Notes under the pieces: generated by a model
Seen by the model: the letters and a program-made list of their open reading frames with translations, nothing else
Database searches by the model: none
What the model was told of the DNA's origin: nothing
Origin: Octopus vulgaris
Taxonomy: Eukaryota
Reading direction: 5' to 3'
Assembly (NCBI GenBank): GCA_951406725.2
Contig: OX597818.1
Location: forward strand, 100,130,001-100,194,000
Length of the DNA: 64,000 bases
Shown here: one piece after another, positions 40,087-55,666 of the stretch
Layout of the letters: every line of letters begins with the position of its first letter
Position numbering within the stretch: the stretch's first letter is position 1
Position numbers and translations under genes: made by a program

Positions 40087-40437
40087 ATTATTGAAATTAA
40101 AATTATCCGCACCAACGCACGGTTGCAACACCATATGGTTGTACCTCCAACCGTGCTGTTTACTGCTGTGATTTTTGCTACTAAGGTATCGGTTAAACTT
40201 TTGATTAATCTACTACAAGATTATTCATCTTTCTATTTCACATAATACATATATATATATATATATAAGAATACACACATACATACATACATACATACAT
40301 ACATACATACATACATACATACATACATACATACATGCATGTATGGATGCATGCATTCATGCATACAAACATGCGTTCCTGCAGCTTTTTTGAAGACAGT
40401 AAAAGCCCGGAAGTGACCTGAGAAAAGGGAAGAATAA

Positions 40438-40631
40438 TCTTTTCTACTCTAGGCACAAGGCCAGGACTTTTGGGGGATGGGGACCAGCCTGTTAGATCGA
40501 CTCCATTACGCAACTGGTACTTAATTTATCGACCCCGAAAGGATGAAAGGCAAAGTTGACCTCGGCGGAATGTGAACTCAGAACGTAGAGACAGACGAAA
40601 TACCGCTAAGCATTTCGTCCGGCGTGCTAAT
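40438..40631 (-). mobile_element. SINE family B (cctagagtagaaa tail type)
   Basis: tttctactctaggcacaaggcc...tatcgaccccgaaaggatgaaaggcaaagttgacctcggcggaa...cggcgtgctaa. Confidence 0.9.
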
Positions 40632-40777
40632 GAGAGAGAGAGAGGGGGGTGAGAGGGATACCCTTGGCTTGGCTTCAGGGTGAAGGTTTCCAGAATGTCC
40701 ACGAATTTGATATGGGACACCTAGGCACCACAGTAGAAGCTGGATGAGGAGGTAGACCCATCAGGAATAGCTAACAT

Positions 40778-40960
40778 TATAATATCAAATGGAAAATATT
40801 GGAGAGGGCTAGGCTGTATATAAGAGGGAAAAATAGATGTGCTGTTTGCGTTACTGAAAAACTACAGCTATTGCATGGTTGAAATCCAATAATTTATACC
40901 TGAATATGAATGATGAGATCACCAGAGAATACTTGTGTAGCAAGTCCCACCTATGTGCAG
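40778..40960 (+). mobile_element. Remnant of a Penelope-like element, C-terminal part of the GIY-YIG endonuclease
   Basis: YNIKWKILERARLYIRGKNRCAVCVTEKLQLL then YLNMNDEI resembles the PLE I.W.IL..A..Y.....C..C..EK..I...LN..E pattern. Confidence 0.65.
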
Positions 40961-41414
40961 AAAAAAAATGTACTAGAATAACCACAGAATTTCTAACGCT
41001 CAACCAATGCGTTCCTACCTTAATCAGCTAGATAAATTAATTCTAGGCAGAGTTATGCACATCATCCTGTATCCATAACAATCTACAAATGATATGCAAC
41101 AATTGTAAGAGACAAGACTGACACTAGTACAAATCATTCAAACTAACTGAACAAGAACATACAGAAAGAAGCATAGGACAACTGACCCACCCATCAACCA
41201 CACAACTTCTATAAACCACCTTACTTTAATACGAAATTTTCCCCTAAACTGAACAAGAATTGATCAATTGATTCCTGTTGAATCATGTGATTTAAAGTTA
41301 CCATCAACATCACAGCACAAACCCATAAGAAACGTAGACGTTCAATAATTGCCAATAAATATAGATTATGATACATAAGGTACTCGTAAGTGTACCGTTA
41401 GACTATAGTAGAGT

Positions 41415-41620
41415 CACATTTTGGCAGAAGGCTAGCAACGTCATGGGGGCAGGGGTTAGTCTGTCACATCAACCCAGTGCGCATGTGTTACTTATTTTAT
41501 CGAATCGGCGAGAATAAAAAGTAAAGTCGACCTCGGATAAATTTGAACTCAGAATGTGAAAGTGGACGAATTGCCGCTATGCATTTTGCCCAGCGTGCTA
41601 ACGATTATGCCAGTTCGACG
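41415..41620 (-). mobile_element. Diverged SINE family B copy
   Basis: aaagtcgacctcgg...atttgaactcagaa...cagcgtgctaacgattatgccagttcg. Confidence 0.8.
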
Positions 41621-43206
41621 ACTTTCCGTTACACTATATTAATAGCATTCAGTTCTGTTGACATTACAGCGCGTTCCCCTTTCACTTATGACTCTACGAA
41701 AGCGTTCGATACAACTCATATATGTGTATATATATATATATATATATGTATGTATATATATGTATATATATGTATGTGTGTGTGTGTGTGTGTGTGTACA
41801 TCTGCATATGTAGACATATATTAGTGTTTAGTCGCACATGTATGTCTATATTTTACTGATTTGAGGTATTAGCAAAAATGAAAGAAAATCTACTGCAGTG
41901 AAAGAAAGTACTATTATACAACGACCACCAAGGAAAATAATAGAAACGTGCTACAATGTCATAATCATAAGAAAAGAAACCAGAATACAGCAAAAAGATG
42001 ACTGAAAGACATGATGGGTGAGATGCGGAGGGCGAGAAAGGATGCGATACAGTGAGAACCAAAGTGAAAATGAGCGAGAAAGGTGACTAAAAAGCCAGAA
42101 GATTTGAAGGAGCTAGTCAATAATGGACAAGAAATGAATTAAAATATACAAAAAAAAAAAAAGACAGCGTGATAAAAATACATTACGAAAATCATATTAA
42201 ACTACTATTCTATAGAAGAATTTAAGAGGTATTTTATGTTATCACGGTCGATGCCCAGTTTATTATTTAGCTTTAAATATCGTGGATATAAAGGAATAAA
42301 TATTCGTTTTGAAAAGATAAAAAAAATCGGAATTTTAGGTGAGAGTAGTTTACTTACAATGCAAACCTCGGTGAGGTTTACGCTTTATGATATTTTATTT
42401 ATAGGTTTGTTTCCCATTACTGATCTTTTTATGGTGAACGTTGGTCCGTAATACTAAATCTAACATCCCACACGAACATTGCTTCACAAATTCATGCTAT
42501 ATCACCTATATTATAACTATGGTGAAATATATATTTCGTGGCATATATTTCAATGGAAATTATCAATTCTTGCTACTGTAATGCAGCTGATTCTGAATTC
42601 TGAGGCAATTCCAATTTGTATATCTTATACAATATTTATATACAGTCATAAACATAGGTTTATAAAGAATCAACCATATTCCATCAAGGATAAGCCAGAA
42701 TCACAGTTCAAACATTATGCAAGCTTAACGTTTTTCTTATCTGCTAATACTTTCGTTTTATTCAAAGAACCCCGCCTTCGTCTAACTGCTGACAGCGCTA
42801 TTGAGATTATTATTAACTAGCAAACATTAAGATCTTACGAAAACATTGCAGTCCATTAATCGCCAGCTGTGTCAACACACTTCCCATCCACATAAACTAT
42901 TATTCGTTCAGATTTCGACCAACGTAGGCTACAATATTGACATATGATCACGTTATCTCTAACTTAGATGATCGCTCTTCGCAGTGGTAGCAAACAGCCA
43001 CCAAACTATAGGCAGCTAAATCCCATGCACATATAGCTAATTGCGAGAGCAATATACTCATATTCTTTAGGTACAGTTTGCAGAAAATCACTTATCGAAT
43101 GCACAGTCTAGATCAATATGTTCTCTATCAATCACCCTGTATACACATATAGACACGCACGCACGCGTGCACACTCGAATGGCGGACATTTACATTATAT
43201 GCATAC

Positions 43207-43258
<52 letters not shown>

Positions 43259-44759
43259 ATATATATATATATATTTGTGTGTGTGTGTGTATCTCTATTT
43301 GTGTCTGTGTGTGTATATATGGTGTATATAGTGATGTACAATGCATTATTGTCCAATCCCAGCAGATGATAAACAAAAACTAATCAGGTTTCTTTACTCA
43401 CCTATTAATGTGTTTGCATGTTGTGATACATTAAATTAGAATATTACATGCTAAGGTCTGTTTACCTTTAATCATATATTTTCTTTTTGTCTTTTTATTT
43501 ATTTTTGATTCTTATCTTTCACTTTCTGTTTTGTGAATTATTGCCTATCATTCCTACCACTACAACTGCTCCCTTATATTTTTTTGAAATAGAGTTTGTT
43601 TGGCTCTCATATCTTTATTATTTATGATTCCTTTGTAATGAAGTCTATTCTTTTCTATCAGGAAATACATATTAAGAAAATCTTTCACAAACCTAGATAA
43701 ACAAAAGTTTATTGACTGAACGTGATTAAGAAGTGAATAACTTCCCACTAAATAATTTAGCAAATGGATGATATCAATAAATGAACAAAATACAGCAACT
43801 TATGCCGAAGCAACGAGAAATTATATTTAAAGATTATATTTGCCTGCCAAATCATTGGCATTCTGAATATTCTTAATAAGAGTGCACTTTGGTTCTCACA
43901 TACCATTTAAATCTTAATAGTCCTGAACAAGGTTGAAACTATGCATGATATATGAGTAGCATAAAACACACAGGAACGTAGGCAATGCATTAATTTCTGA
44001 GTTCAAATCTGCAGCTGTCGAAATTATCATTCAACAAGAAGTGATCAATAAATTAAGGAGAACTCAATCGAATCTAACCTCTCCTTTCTAAATTGGTATA
44101 CTGATCGATCGTACAAAATGAATGGATGTACCAACGTTTTGTTATCAGTAGTAAAATCAAGTATACACAAAGATTAATTTTAAAGGGTTTCCATGTAGTT
44201 TTATTTGTGAATAACCAGATGTTTTGTGATTACATAGCAGCCTGTTACTTAGTGAGTCTGAATATAAAACCTTGCAATTTGCTTCAGGTGTACACAAAAA
44301 CAAAACAATTCCAATTCTAAAATAAATAATCAATAATTCTGAGAGAAAGTGTATAAACATTCGGAGGAAGGTAAGTGACAGGATTAAAAGCATCAAGCTG
44401 GAAAGGAATGGCAGAATAAACTATATTTTCAATTTCATCATAGGTTTCATCTTTAATAGAAAAATAACAAAGGGCGTACATTTAAAATATAATGTAATAC
44501 TGGGCAATATACACCCATTGCAGTGCGTCTAGGATGTCAGCCGTTCGTGGTTTGAATTTCGATAACAAGGCATAAAGGATAGGACGGTTTCAAAGTTGAC
44601 AGATATTTCAGGTTGTTACAATACATGCAACTTCTCAGATAGACGCTGTTGGCAAAAATAAAGGGGAAGTAAAGACAGTCGTATCAAGAATGTGGCATGT
44701 TAATCTGAGGAACCTCCAGAAGATGCAGAACAAAGAAGTTATATTCCTGCCGCTCTCCT

Positions 44760-44802
<43 letters not shown>

Positions 44803-44804
<2 letters not shown>

Positions 44805-45036
44805 TCTTTAATCTTTTACTCGTTTCAGTAATTTGACTGTGGCCATGCTGGAGCACCGCTTCTAGTCGATCAAGCAAATAGACCCTGGGACATATTCTTT
44901 GTAAGCATATTACTTATTCTATCGATCTCTTTTGCCGAACCGCTATGTTACGGGGGCGTAAACACGCCAGCATCGGCTATCAAGCGATGTTTCTGGGACA
45001 AACACAGACACATACACATACACACACACACACACA

Positions 45037-45080
<44 letters not shown>

Positions 45081-45259
45081 TATATTTACATATATACGAC
45101 AGGCTTCTTTCAGTTTCCGTCTACCAAATCCACTCACAAGACTTTGGTCGACCCGAGGCTATAGTAGAAGACACTTGCCCAAGATGACACGCAGTGGAAC
45201 CGAACCCGGAACCATGTGGATGGTAAGGAAGCAACTTACCACACAGCCACTCCTACGCT
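44803..45259 (-). mobile_element. SINE family A, full length, between microsatellites
   Basis: Complete head, CORE-like segment, internal (CA)/(TA) tract and gagtaaaaga tail. Confidence 0.92.
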
Positions 45260-45276
45260 TATACACATACACACAT

Positions 45277-45358
<82 letters not shown>

Positions 45359-45948
45359 ATGTGTGTGTATGCATTTACACGTATGTGTGTGTATGCATTT
45401 ACACGTTTCTGTTATATGGATACATATATATATATATATATATATATAAGTTTAAAGCTTGTTTCGAATAATTGTCTCAAAATATCTTTATTGTATAAAA
45501 GATATCTGCATTCGTGACAGCTGATGCGAAGTTTGAACTGGTTGCTCCATACTGTAAGAAAAAAAAAAATGTTCTGTTTGTGTTGGCCTGATCTAAACTG
45601 CTCAGCCGACTACATTAATAATATTAGGTCACGAATATTTCTTGGAAGTTTATTTCAATCACAATATCCAAAGAATTCGTTTCAGTTATATTTTCTTGAT
45701 TCGTTTTACCTTTTGCATTCTGTCAAATTTAATGGACACAGACTCATATACAGACGCACGAATACACCCACCACACACATACACACACACATGATATTAT
45801 TAATATATACCAGTATGCGTATTTTTTATGTACATATATGTGTGTATGAGTATGTATACTTCCAGGAATAAATACTTCTATATAAATATACATGAGTACT
45901 TTTTATTGCGGTGTGATATGTATTTATATATAAATATATATAAATATA

Positions 45949-46015
<67 letters not shown>

Positions 46016-46086
46016 GTTTGTGTGTGTATATATATTTATATGTTTTTTTTTATTTATATCTGTGTATATATATACACATAAATAAA

Positions 46087-46146
<60 letters not shown>

Positions 46147-46418
46147 TAGATATATTCTTCAAAAGCTTATCCTTCAAAAGATAACTGTTGCCGAACGAAA
46201 TGAGCGAAATATCAAACGCATAGGACAAAAGAAAAACCGTAGCCATTAGATAAGAAAATTCACAGGAACGTTTACATATATTTGCTGTTAAGTTTACACA
46301 TATAAACGCAGAGAAATAAACATATACATATATATGTACATACACATATACATTTGAAAAAATATCGTGCATAATACGAACACATTTTTTGTGATATCTA
46401 GTGCGTATGTAAGAATAA

Positions 46419-46524
<106 letters not shown>

Positions 46525-46985
46525 AAACTTCTGTAAAGCAGTAAAATGTTCCGTTTTCGTGAGTTGGAAGCATTTGGCTTGAATGATTCGACATCAGCAA
46601 GTATAGATCATAGAAAATACAATCATAGCCACACACGATTTGTTATCCAGGAATTTACATACACTGACAGACTGTGGTATCAAGACAAAAATTTGATGCA
46701 GAAATACGTACATGTAGGCATACAAACATTAAAAAGAATACATCGTAATATCAAGTCTCAATATAAATGCATCCGAATATGTTGACACATTCTAACACAT
46801 ATATAAACACTGGTAGCTGTCTGTGATCTTCTCTCCTCTCTCTCACTCTCTCTGTCTCCCGCTTTCTCTCACTTTTTTCATTTCCTCTCTCATTTTCGAA
46901 TGAAAGAAAAAGAGAGAGGTGTAGAGAAAGAGACAGAGACAGACAGACATAGGCATAAGGTATATCATTTACATATATATGAATA

Positions 46986-47044
<59 letters not shown>

Positions 47045-47199
47045 TAGAAAATAACCTTTAAACCTGTTACCATACTTATCATACTAATCCTCAGTATCCT
47101 TCTTCCAATGACACACGGTGTTACTCCTGACAGTGACAGAAATATTGTAAATATGTAAACACACACATACACACACACAATATATATATATATATATAT

Positions 47200-47370
47200 A
47201 GATAGTTGAAATTTGTAGAAATACAAAAGACAAAGACAAGTGTATGGACAACAAGCTAGTGTAATAGTTTGACGCTTGAGACAAATAGAAAAGTCTTTTA
47301 TGTTTCAAGCCTACGCTCTTCACCAGAAAGAAATAAAAGTAAATAAACAGAGAGAGAAAGAAAAAGAACT
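47200..47370 (-). mobile_element. Diverged family H2 copy with hammerhead-like motif (47295-47330)
   Basis: Minus cttt-CTGGTGA-a-gagc gtag gctt-GAAAC-ATA-aaag; 3' end abuts (TA)n. Confidence 0.7.
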
Positions 47371-47544
47371 TGCAATTTTAAGCGTTCCAATGCATATATA
47401 CACTTATGTATACGCATGTAGGTAAACACATATATACGTACAAGTAGAAATGTCCGTTTATACAAAAATACATACAAATATATATATATATATTGTATAT
47501 GTTCATCCTTTTATCTATATACAGGTAATCAGCTGCCTTACAAA

Positions 47545-48155
47545 TTGTAAGCTTCAGGACAAACTCAGGAAGGGAATAATATGCCATATGCTTAAAGGGG
47601 GAAGCAGAGCATATGCTATGAGCGATAGGCTTATCAGTCTGTCCTCACACATCAGCAAAATCATGGAACGAATATTCTGAAGGGAGAAGCTACCTGACAC
47701 TGTTCTTGCAGTATTACGACTGGGTGCTAAAATAACTGCTCAACGACTCAAATGGTATGATATGTCATAATCTGCGTAATCCTAGCATAGTTAGAAAACT
47801 TTGAAAGTAGCTACATGACTTTCTAAATGATAGAAATTAGGTAGTGGTGGCCATCACGAGGAAAGACTAAGAATCAGCTGGGCCGCTGTTATTCATAATG
47901 GCTCTCTAAGACATTAGCTTTCCTTGCTAGCTGTACAGACGATACCCAAGTCACTCCGTGTATACGTTGTGCATCTGCAACGCGAGATAGATTCAATATA
48001 CTGGTGGGCTGAAAAAAATCACATGCAGCTTAACGCTGGAAAATTCCAAGCCCTGCGCTAGGAACATACGAAACTTACTAAAAAGCAAACAGAATACACT
48101 GGCCCAGGAGGGATTGCAATCCCTGAATCATTTTCAGTGCGTGAGCTGGGATGCT
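47545..48155 (+). mobile_element. Decayed, internally deleted CR1/L2-group LINE reverse transcriptase
   Basis: KLRKGIICHMLKGGSRA...RLISLSSHISKIMERI, LGPLLFI, TDDTQV (YADD-like), LQREIDSIYWWAEKNHMQLNAGKFQALR, VRELG. Confidence 0.85.
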
Positions 48156-48909
48156 AAAAACAAATTCGTGCTTGCTTGCACAGACACACACACACACTAA
48201 CACACAGACACATTCCGTGGTACATAAAGTTTCAAAGCACGATAGCTGATGATGAGTAGGTTATAATTAGAAATTTTAAGTACCAAAAAATTCGAATCAA
48301 AGAGTTTCTGATCCATGCATGTAACTCCCATATATGTGCATATCCCTATATATGTGAAAGATAGGCAGATAGATAGACAAATACAAGGGTATATATCTTA
48401 TAATTTTTAAATTATCTCGGTCACAGGCCTCGGCTATGGCATATCACATTCAAGTGTTTAGTCGGTACAAAGATCTCAGTACGTGTTCAAACAATCGTTT
48501 TCACCTAAGTGCCATATTAATATATATATGTGTGTGTATTTGTGTGTGTATACGCATACATATTTACTCACACACGCACATATATGTATATATACATGTA
48601 TGGAGGCATGTATGTACCTGTATATATATATATATATATGGATAGATAGATATACACACACATATGTGTATGTGTGCGTGGGCATCTGTATGTATTCCTT
48701 CGTTTTTCTTATAGCTTATATACATTTTAGGTTTACGATTATATATATATATATATATATATATGAGTTCTTCGTACAGAGGTACGTGCTTTTCTTTTCT
48801 TCTCCATGATGCCTCACTTGTCCTGTAAGGCTCTAAGTTTCCTCTCTATTTATTGCAAACAACTTGAAATGATTCAAAGACCTATTGTAGTCAAATAATC
48901 TAAACATAC

Positions 48910-48991
<82 letters not shown>

Positions 48992-49299
48992 AGAGAGAGG
49001 AAGAGAGCGAGAAAATGATCTCTATATGTATGTATACATTTTTATAAATATATGCAAAAGATCACTCCGACTAAAATCTATTAAAAAAAACTGCAAATAC
49101 ACATGTACGTATATTCTTTGTTTCATCTATAAATAATGCTCAAATACACATATAAATAATAATCAGGGGAAAACTTTTCCACTAAGATAAGCAAATATAT
49201 AAGATTTTGGTACGCAAAAATATAAAGCATTCTCTGTCTTATACACGTGCGAGTGACTTGGCGAATGCGTGTACGAGCGTGACTGTGTGAGCGTGTGTG

Positions 49300-49336
<37 letters not shown>

Positions 49337-50015
49337 ATGTTTTCGTGTATGTGTATGTGGATGTATACTCTTATACTATTTACATCAGCACATATGTAGA
49401 TATTTACATCTGGGATTTCTATTTCCCGTCTGTAATGAAGCTTTTTGCATTGTTTTATCTTTGACTTCTCTATATCTTGGCTTAAATATCACGTTGTGTC
49501 TGTATGTTTCACACACACATACATACACACACGTATATATATATATATATTTAGAGAGAGAGAGAGAGAGTTAGAAAGAGACAGATAGATAGATATATAG
49601 GTAACATATATGTAAATATATATATGTATGTATGTATATTTATCTATTTATCTATCTATCTATGTATATTCATATACACATATGTAGTGCATTTTCCTTC
49701 CTGATTTTCTGTATTTTGACTGTTCATTCTACATTATTGTCTGTGTACTATTGCCTTACTCATATTTACAATCTCACTCACAGGCTCACACACACTTGTA
49801 TGTAAATGAGGAGGCCTCGAAAGCATCCGCGGAGAGAGAGAGGGAGAGAGGGAGAGAGGGAGAGAGATAGGGGAGAGAGAGAGGTGGGAGAGAGAAAGAT
49901 ATACCAAATTTTATACAGAACCGTATGAAACTCTAGCTAGCGTGTTCTATGTTCAACCGCGTACTACATATGAAAACACTCCACTACGATTGAACAAATT
50001 TTAATGAACATACTG

Positions 50016-50054
<39 letters not shown>

Positions 50055-50919
50055 ACTATATATATATATATATATATGTAAGAGTTTGTATGTATGTGCT
50101 TAGAAGAATATATTAATAAAATCACAACTTAGTCTAATGTTCACGGTTTATTATTTGCAATTTTAACAAATTTTCTTAATTTTACAATTTTACTATATTG
50201 AAACTAGTACTTTCATGAATAACTCAATTATCGGGCTTATGTATTAACACTTGTGTTCCACAAGTGACAATTGCTGACAACTATTGGAAACAATTGAGAC
50301 ATTTGTCAATCGTAAGATTGTCAGGCTGGAATTTCAGTGATTAATATATATTCGTTGCTTTTATGTTACACTCTCTTAAGTTCAAATTTCGCCAAATGCG
50401 TTTTATTATTTTTGTTTTTAATATTTAATTTTGCTTGCAATAGCTGGTTCTTTTGGTCGAGCTCTCGCATCTCCAGCTGTTTCAGATGCCAAGATATGAA
50501 AATTGTCGAAGTGTAGTACAATACTTTAGCATGTTACAAATATCTAGTAATTCACAGATACGACAGTTTTGCAAAAATATTTCTCACTGAAAGTATCATA
50601 CATGCATAGAGTTACGATTTTATGCATCCAACAAATTATTTTTGTTAAGCTGAAATTGTTGCTAATGTAAAAATGAAAAGGAATGGTGAAACTATTTTTT
50701 CGTTTTCTGAAAAAGCAATGTTTCGGACTTAGACACTGCTAAATAATAGCAACGATATACATATTTATATGATGTGAGTTTAGAGGGGTATGCATGTACA
50801 ACTGTCCTTTTGTTTTCTCTGCAGTGGAATCACATTATATTGTAATAACCATGAAATATAATAAGCTGAAATATATTTTGAACAAAACTTCATATTCTAA
50901 AGAGTTTTAATTATTACTG

Positions 50920-50979
<60 letters not shown>

Positions 50980-51440
50980 ATTTGTATATGCGTCTGGCTG
51001 TCAGTGTGTGTGCATGTTTGTGTCAGTGTGTGTATGCTCGTGCACATGTGAATTTTCTTTATGGTTTCTTAGATATAACTCTTCATCTTTTACAGTGTAT
51101 TTCACATCAACCAGTCATTTCATTCCACATTCTCCCTCCAGGAGGTTTCACCGTGAATTCTCCCCCCCTCCCCATCATTTTCACCATTTTAATTGATCAT
51201 AGACCTTCTTTTCTGCCCACTTAAATTCTACGTCACTGTGTTGTTTGCTTCCTTATATCTCAATAGCTTTAAGCTTCTTTTAGTTACTATTTCTGCTATC
51301 CCTTCAGATTCACTTCTGTCACTACTCTCCTGTATATATGTGTGTGTGTGTGTGTGTGTGTCTGTGTGTATGTGTGTGCGTATGTATACATGTATATATA
51401 TATGTATACGTATATATACATATGCATGTATGTATGTGTG

Positions 51441-51473
<33 letters not shown>

Positions 51474-52928
51474 ATGCATGTGTATATAAACTTGGCCTTC
51501 TACTTTAGATGCATCTGCATTCATCTCACTTCTCATTAACGTTTATTTTCCATCGCACGCTCTACGTCTTCCTCCATACCTCCATGTTCTCCAGCTATTC
51601 GCCATCTTTCCCCCCATCTCTATAAAGTACCATATTCCCTGGCGCTTCAAGCTATATGTGCAGAAATGTCTAATAGAATGGAAATAGAGATGAAGAAAAT
51701 TTTGGATATTTGAAAAGTGCATGGTTTACTGGTTCGTTTGACTTGAAATGGTTGTAGATAGTGAAATGACTTGAAGCGATTCCTTAAGGAATCAGACCTT
51801 TATACCAGCAACAATACAGTTCAATAAAGCGTGCATTGAAACGCTGAAGCCATTTTTCAACAAGTGCACTTCTCTGTAGCTGGTAATATTGCAACGATTA
51901 TTAAATGCACTCTTCCTGTTTGCCTTAATGCATTGTTTGAATGTAAGCATGTATATATGGACACAAACGCACACGTATGCATACATATGAATATGTATAT
52001 ATGCGTGTGTGTTTGTGTGTGTGTCTACATCAGTTGCCTTTTGGTCATCTATTTTGTTTAACTAGATCGGATTTGAACTAACAATCACTGTTCTGAAGTA
52101 AATGTAGCAACAGTCTTATGCTCCATATCACAGATTATATATATTCAACGTTACATGTTTAGGTAACTTAAATTTGTATTTCTCTGAAGGCTACAATATT
52201 AAGTTGACGTCAGTTCAGGGCTTAACAAATTTGTATTCAGCAAGCGTTACAAGTACTGCATCTTTGATTTTTCAAGATTTTCCACCAGATTTAAATATCA
52301 ATTATGGAAATCTCTGCTTCATAGTGATGCATGCTTTCTTTTCACACTATATTAGATCAACACATACAAAATCATATAGAAAGAGAGACTGAATTGAAGC
52401 CACCGTAATGTAATTTGAAAATAAAGAACAGAAAACAAAGCCCATGAAAAAATCAACGGTTTAGATATTTATATTACATTTCAGTATTTTGGCTACAAAA
52501 AGCCTTTATCAAGACGAATGGATGAGGTCTAGCATATATAGTTCACTATAACTATCAGAGAATGTGTGTTCATATTGATTGACATACATGCATGAATATA
52601 TGTATGTATAGAAATAAATATGCTTTATGGGCTTGCGTGTATGTTTCATGTTGATATTTATAGATATATATTTATATATTTTATAAACGCTTGTATGTAT
52701 ATATGTACACATACACACTCACATACGCAGAGAGAGAAAGGGGGAGAGCGTGAGGGAGATAGAGAAAGGGAGAGAGAGTGTGAGAGATAGGCATCCGTGG
52801 ATCTCGAAAGCCAATGCATCTGCGCCTCGAGAACTTTCTGTCACATATAATCATTAGTATGTATATATATATATACATACAAACATACATACATACATAC
52901 ATGCATACATACATACATACATACATAC

Positions 52929-52975
<47 letters not shown>

Positions 52976-53001
52976 CACGTATATAAATGTGTACTTATAT
53001 G

Positions 53002-53033
<32 letters not shown>

Positions 53034-53235
53034 CACGCATATACACTTATGTATTAGTTTTACAAAAGTCTTAATGTGTAAACTTGTGTTGCAGCACTTG
53101 TGAATAGCCATGTTTTGCCAATTAAACAAACGTACTATTTATTTCAGGAGAAGCATGAGACAGAGAGTCACTGATCAGGTTACAGCATGTGTGAGAAAAG
53201 AAATTTGAGAGACGGATAAACTAAAAATAATAATA

Positions 53236-53549
53236 TCAAGACCACTTAGAGAGCGCAAGCCTCCGCCAAGGTAACACCTACGGCCCCTAAGCGATTAGCC
53301 AGAGATTATTTTTAAAATGAGAATATCTGAAATAAGCTCGACTGCTCTCACAAACAAGAACATTAAAAATAATCCAGAATCCGCGTCCTGTACCGGATCG
53401 ATGCCAGAATCTAACCAGTTCGTGTCTGTCACAAGGCCAAGCATCCCTAAAAGTTACATCCGAATCCATTCAGAGGTTCTTGAGATATTTTATCCAAGGT
53501 CAAACACTACTGAAAACAAAAGCTCCACCTTCGCTAAGGCGGAGGTAAT
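53236..53549. mobile_element. Non-autonomous Helentron-type (HINE/DINE-like) element
   Basis: Subterminal cctccgcc (53260) inverted against ggcggagg (53538); terminal hairpin ctccacctt-cgct-aaggcggag; A-rich flanks. Confidence 0.65.
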
Positions 53550-53575
53550 AAAAACTAATAATGATAACAACAGCG

Positions 53576-53755
53576 AAAATTACTTTAGGAATGAGAACCA
53601 AGGTTCGAAATTTCCCCAAGACACATGATGAAGGCTGGAGAGTGTATCAGCCGAAATGTTGTGCTAACAACAAACAAGATGAGGAAAAATATCCGTCGAT
53701 TGTAAATAATATAAATAACGTACATAGTTCCTCATCTCTTGAATACACAAATATA
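53576..53755 (+). mobile_element. Family H3 body with decayed hammerhead (53621-53664), ending at a short (TA)n
   Basis: acac-ATGATGA-a-ggctg gagagtgtat cagcc-GAAAT-GTT-gtgc; homologous to 22221-22410. Confidence 0.75.
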
Positions 53756-54151
53756 TATATAGGTTTTCTCCTTTGAAAACAGTCATCGAAAATCCATCGC
53801 TTGCACGCAATTTTAGGTTCATCAGTATTTTCTAGTCTGAATTCCAATGTAGCAGTCCATAAAATATCGAATATTCTTAGCAAATATTTAACCTATTATA
53901 GAGAAACCTGTACATAGAGCTACAAAACATTGTCACTGCAGGTGTTTCAAAATGAACGGATCTGCAATTCTTTTCAATTTCTAAATATACTATAAGACAA
54001 AGCCTGCATTAGAAATATGACAACATATCAACAATCTGTAACCGAAGAAGAGAAATAGTCTGATGGTTATTTACACAAAACGGAAAGAATTTTGATAAAC
54101 GCAAAATTATATATATGTATATATATACATGTATACATTAGTGTGTGTGTG

Positions 54152-54228
<77 letters not shown>

Positions 54229-54372
54229 ATATATATATATATACACACATTTATATATATTAATATTTGTGTCTGTGTGTAATGTATATACGTATATTTG
54301 TATTTTTACACATATTTCTCTACATGTTTATATATACATATATATAACGACAAATATTATCTACATATGTAT

Positions 54373-54429
<57 letters not shown>

Positions 54430-54455
54430 CATAGAGTACAAATACAGACACAACA

Positions 54456-54503
<48 letters not shown>

Positions 54504-54966
54504 CACATATTATGTGTGTGTGTTTGTGTGATCAGGTTTTTATCTTCTATATGTGCATGCAGGCGTACCTATGGGATGTGTGTGGATCATTTGTGTGTGT
54601 GTGCGTGTGCGTATCTGTCCCTTTATGTAGCTTTGTATAGATATCTGCGTATTACTAAGCTTGGTATTTATGAGGAAATTAGCTAAAAATGAAAAGAAGA
54701 CAAAACAAAATTAGTTTGAGTCTCTTTATAGTGCATTAAATGATTGATAACTTCCTTCGCTGTCTGTTCTAACACCGCAGAGCGCAATATATTACAGAAC
54801 TCCATGTTTATTTTCATATTTCGTCAGTTTTCCATCAAAATCGGTAATATCTTGTGCTACAAGTCCCAGGGGTTTTGTTTTCAAACATTCAAACTGTTTG
54901 TAAAATATTTCTTTTTCCTTGATGTATTTGTTACTTATTTCATGTTTCACTTGAAATATCTATCTA

Positions 54967-55036
<70 letters not shown>

Positions 55037-55339
55037 TTAAGTAGCTAGCTAGCTAACTCGCTAGCTACCTATCTACATACACACAGAAGTAATGCATTGT
55101 TTGTTCAAATATTTAACAAAATATAGCATTGAATGCATTTGAGAGTTATGAAGTTTTCTATTCATTACCTTATTTACAGCAAAGTAACTTTCCATCTATG
55201 AAAGTGTAATTTGCTCTATGCAGCTAGTTCAAACATTATTCCTCTTTTCATCATTTCTGGTAGAAATGGCTATCGACCATCCAAAAACTTTATTCTGGAC
55301 CAAAAATTTGTTTTGCCTGTAACACGCAGCGTGGGGGAA

Positions 55340-55547
55340 CTAAATAAAGAGGGGACAAACAAGGACAGACAAAGGAATTAAGTCGACTACAACTACCCCA
55401 GTGCGCAAACGGTACATATTTAATCGATCCCGAAAGGATAAAATGCAAAGTCGACCTCGAAGGAATTTGAACTCAGAGCGTAACGGCAGACGAGATACCA
55501 CTAAGCATTTCGCTTGGCGTTCTAAAGATTCCGCCAGCTCGCTTCCT
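55340..55547 (-). mobile_element. SINE family B copy
   Basis: ggggacaaacaaggacagac...aaagtcgacctcg...gaatttgaactcagagcgtaacggcagacg...ccgccagctcgc. Confidence 0.88.
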
Positions 55548-55666
55548 TATATGAATGAAATATTGAAAAACATTTCGTTTGACATTTTCCTCTGCTACAT
55601 TCTAATCCCACCCTTATTGTGAGCCAGCTAGTCCTTGCTCATAGAGTTAAAAATACAAGTTATATT

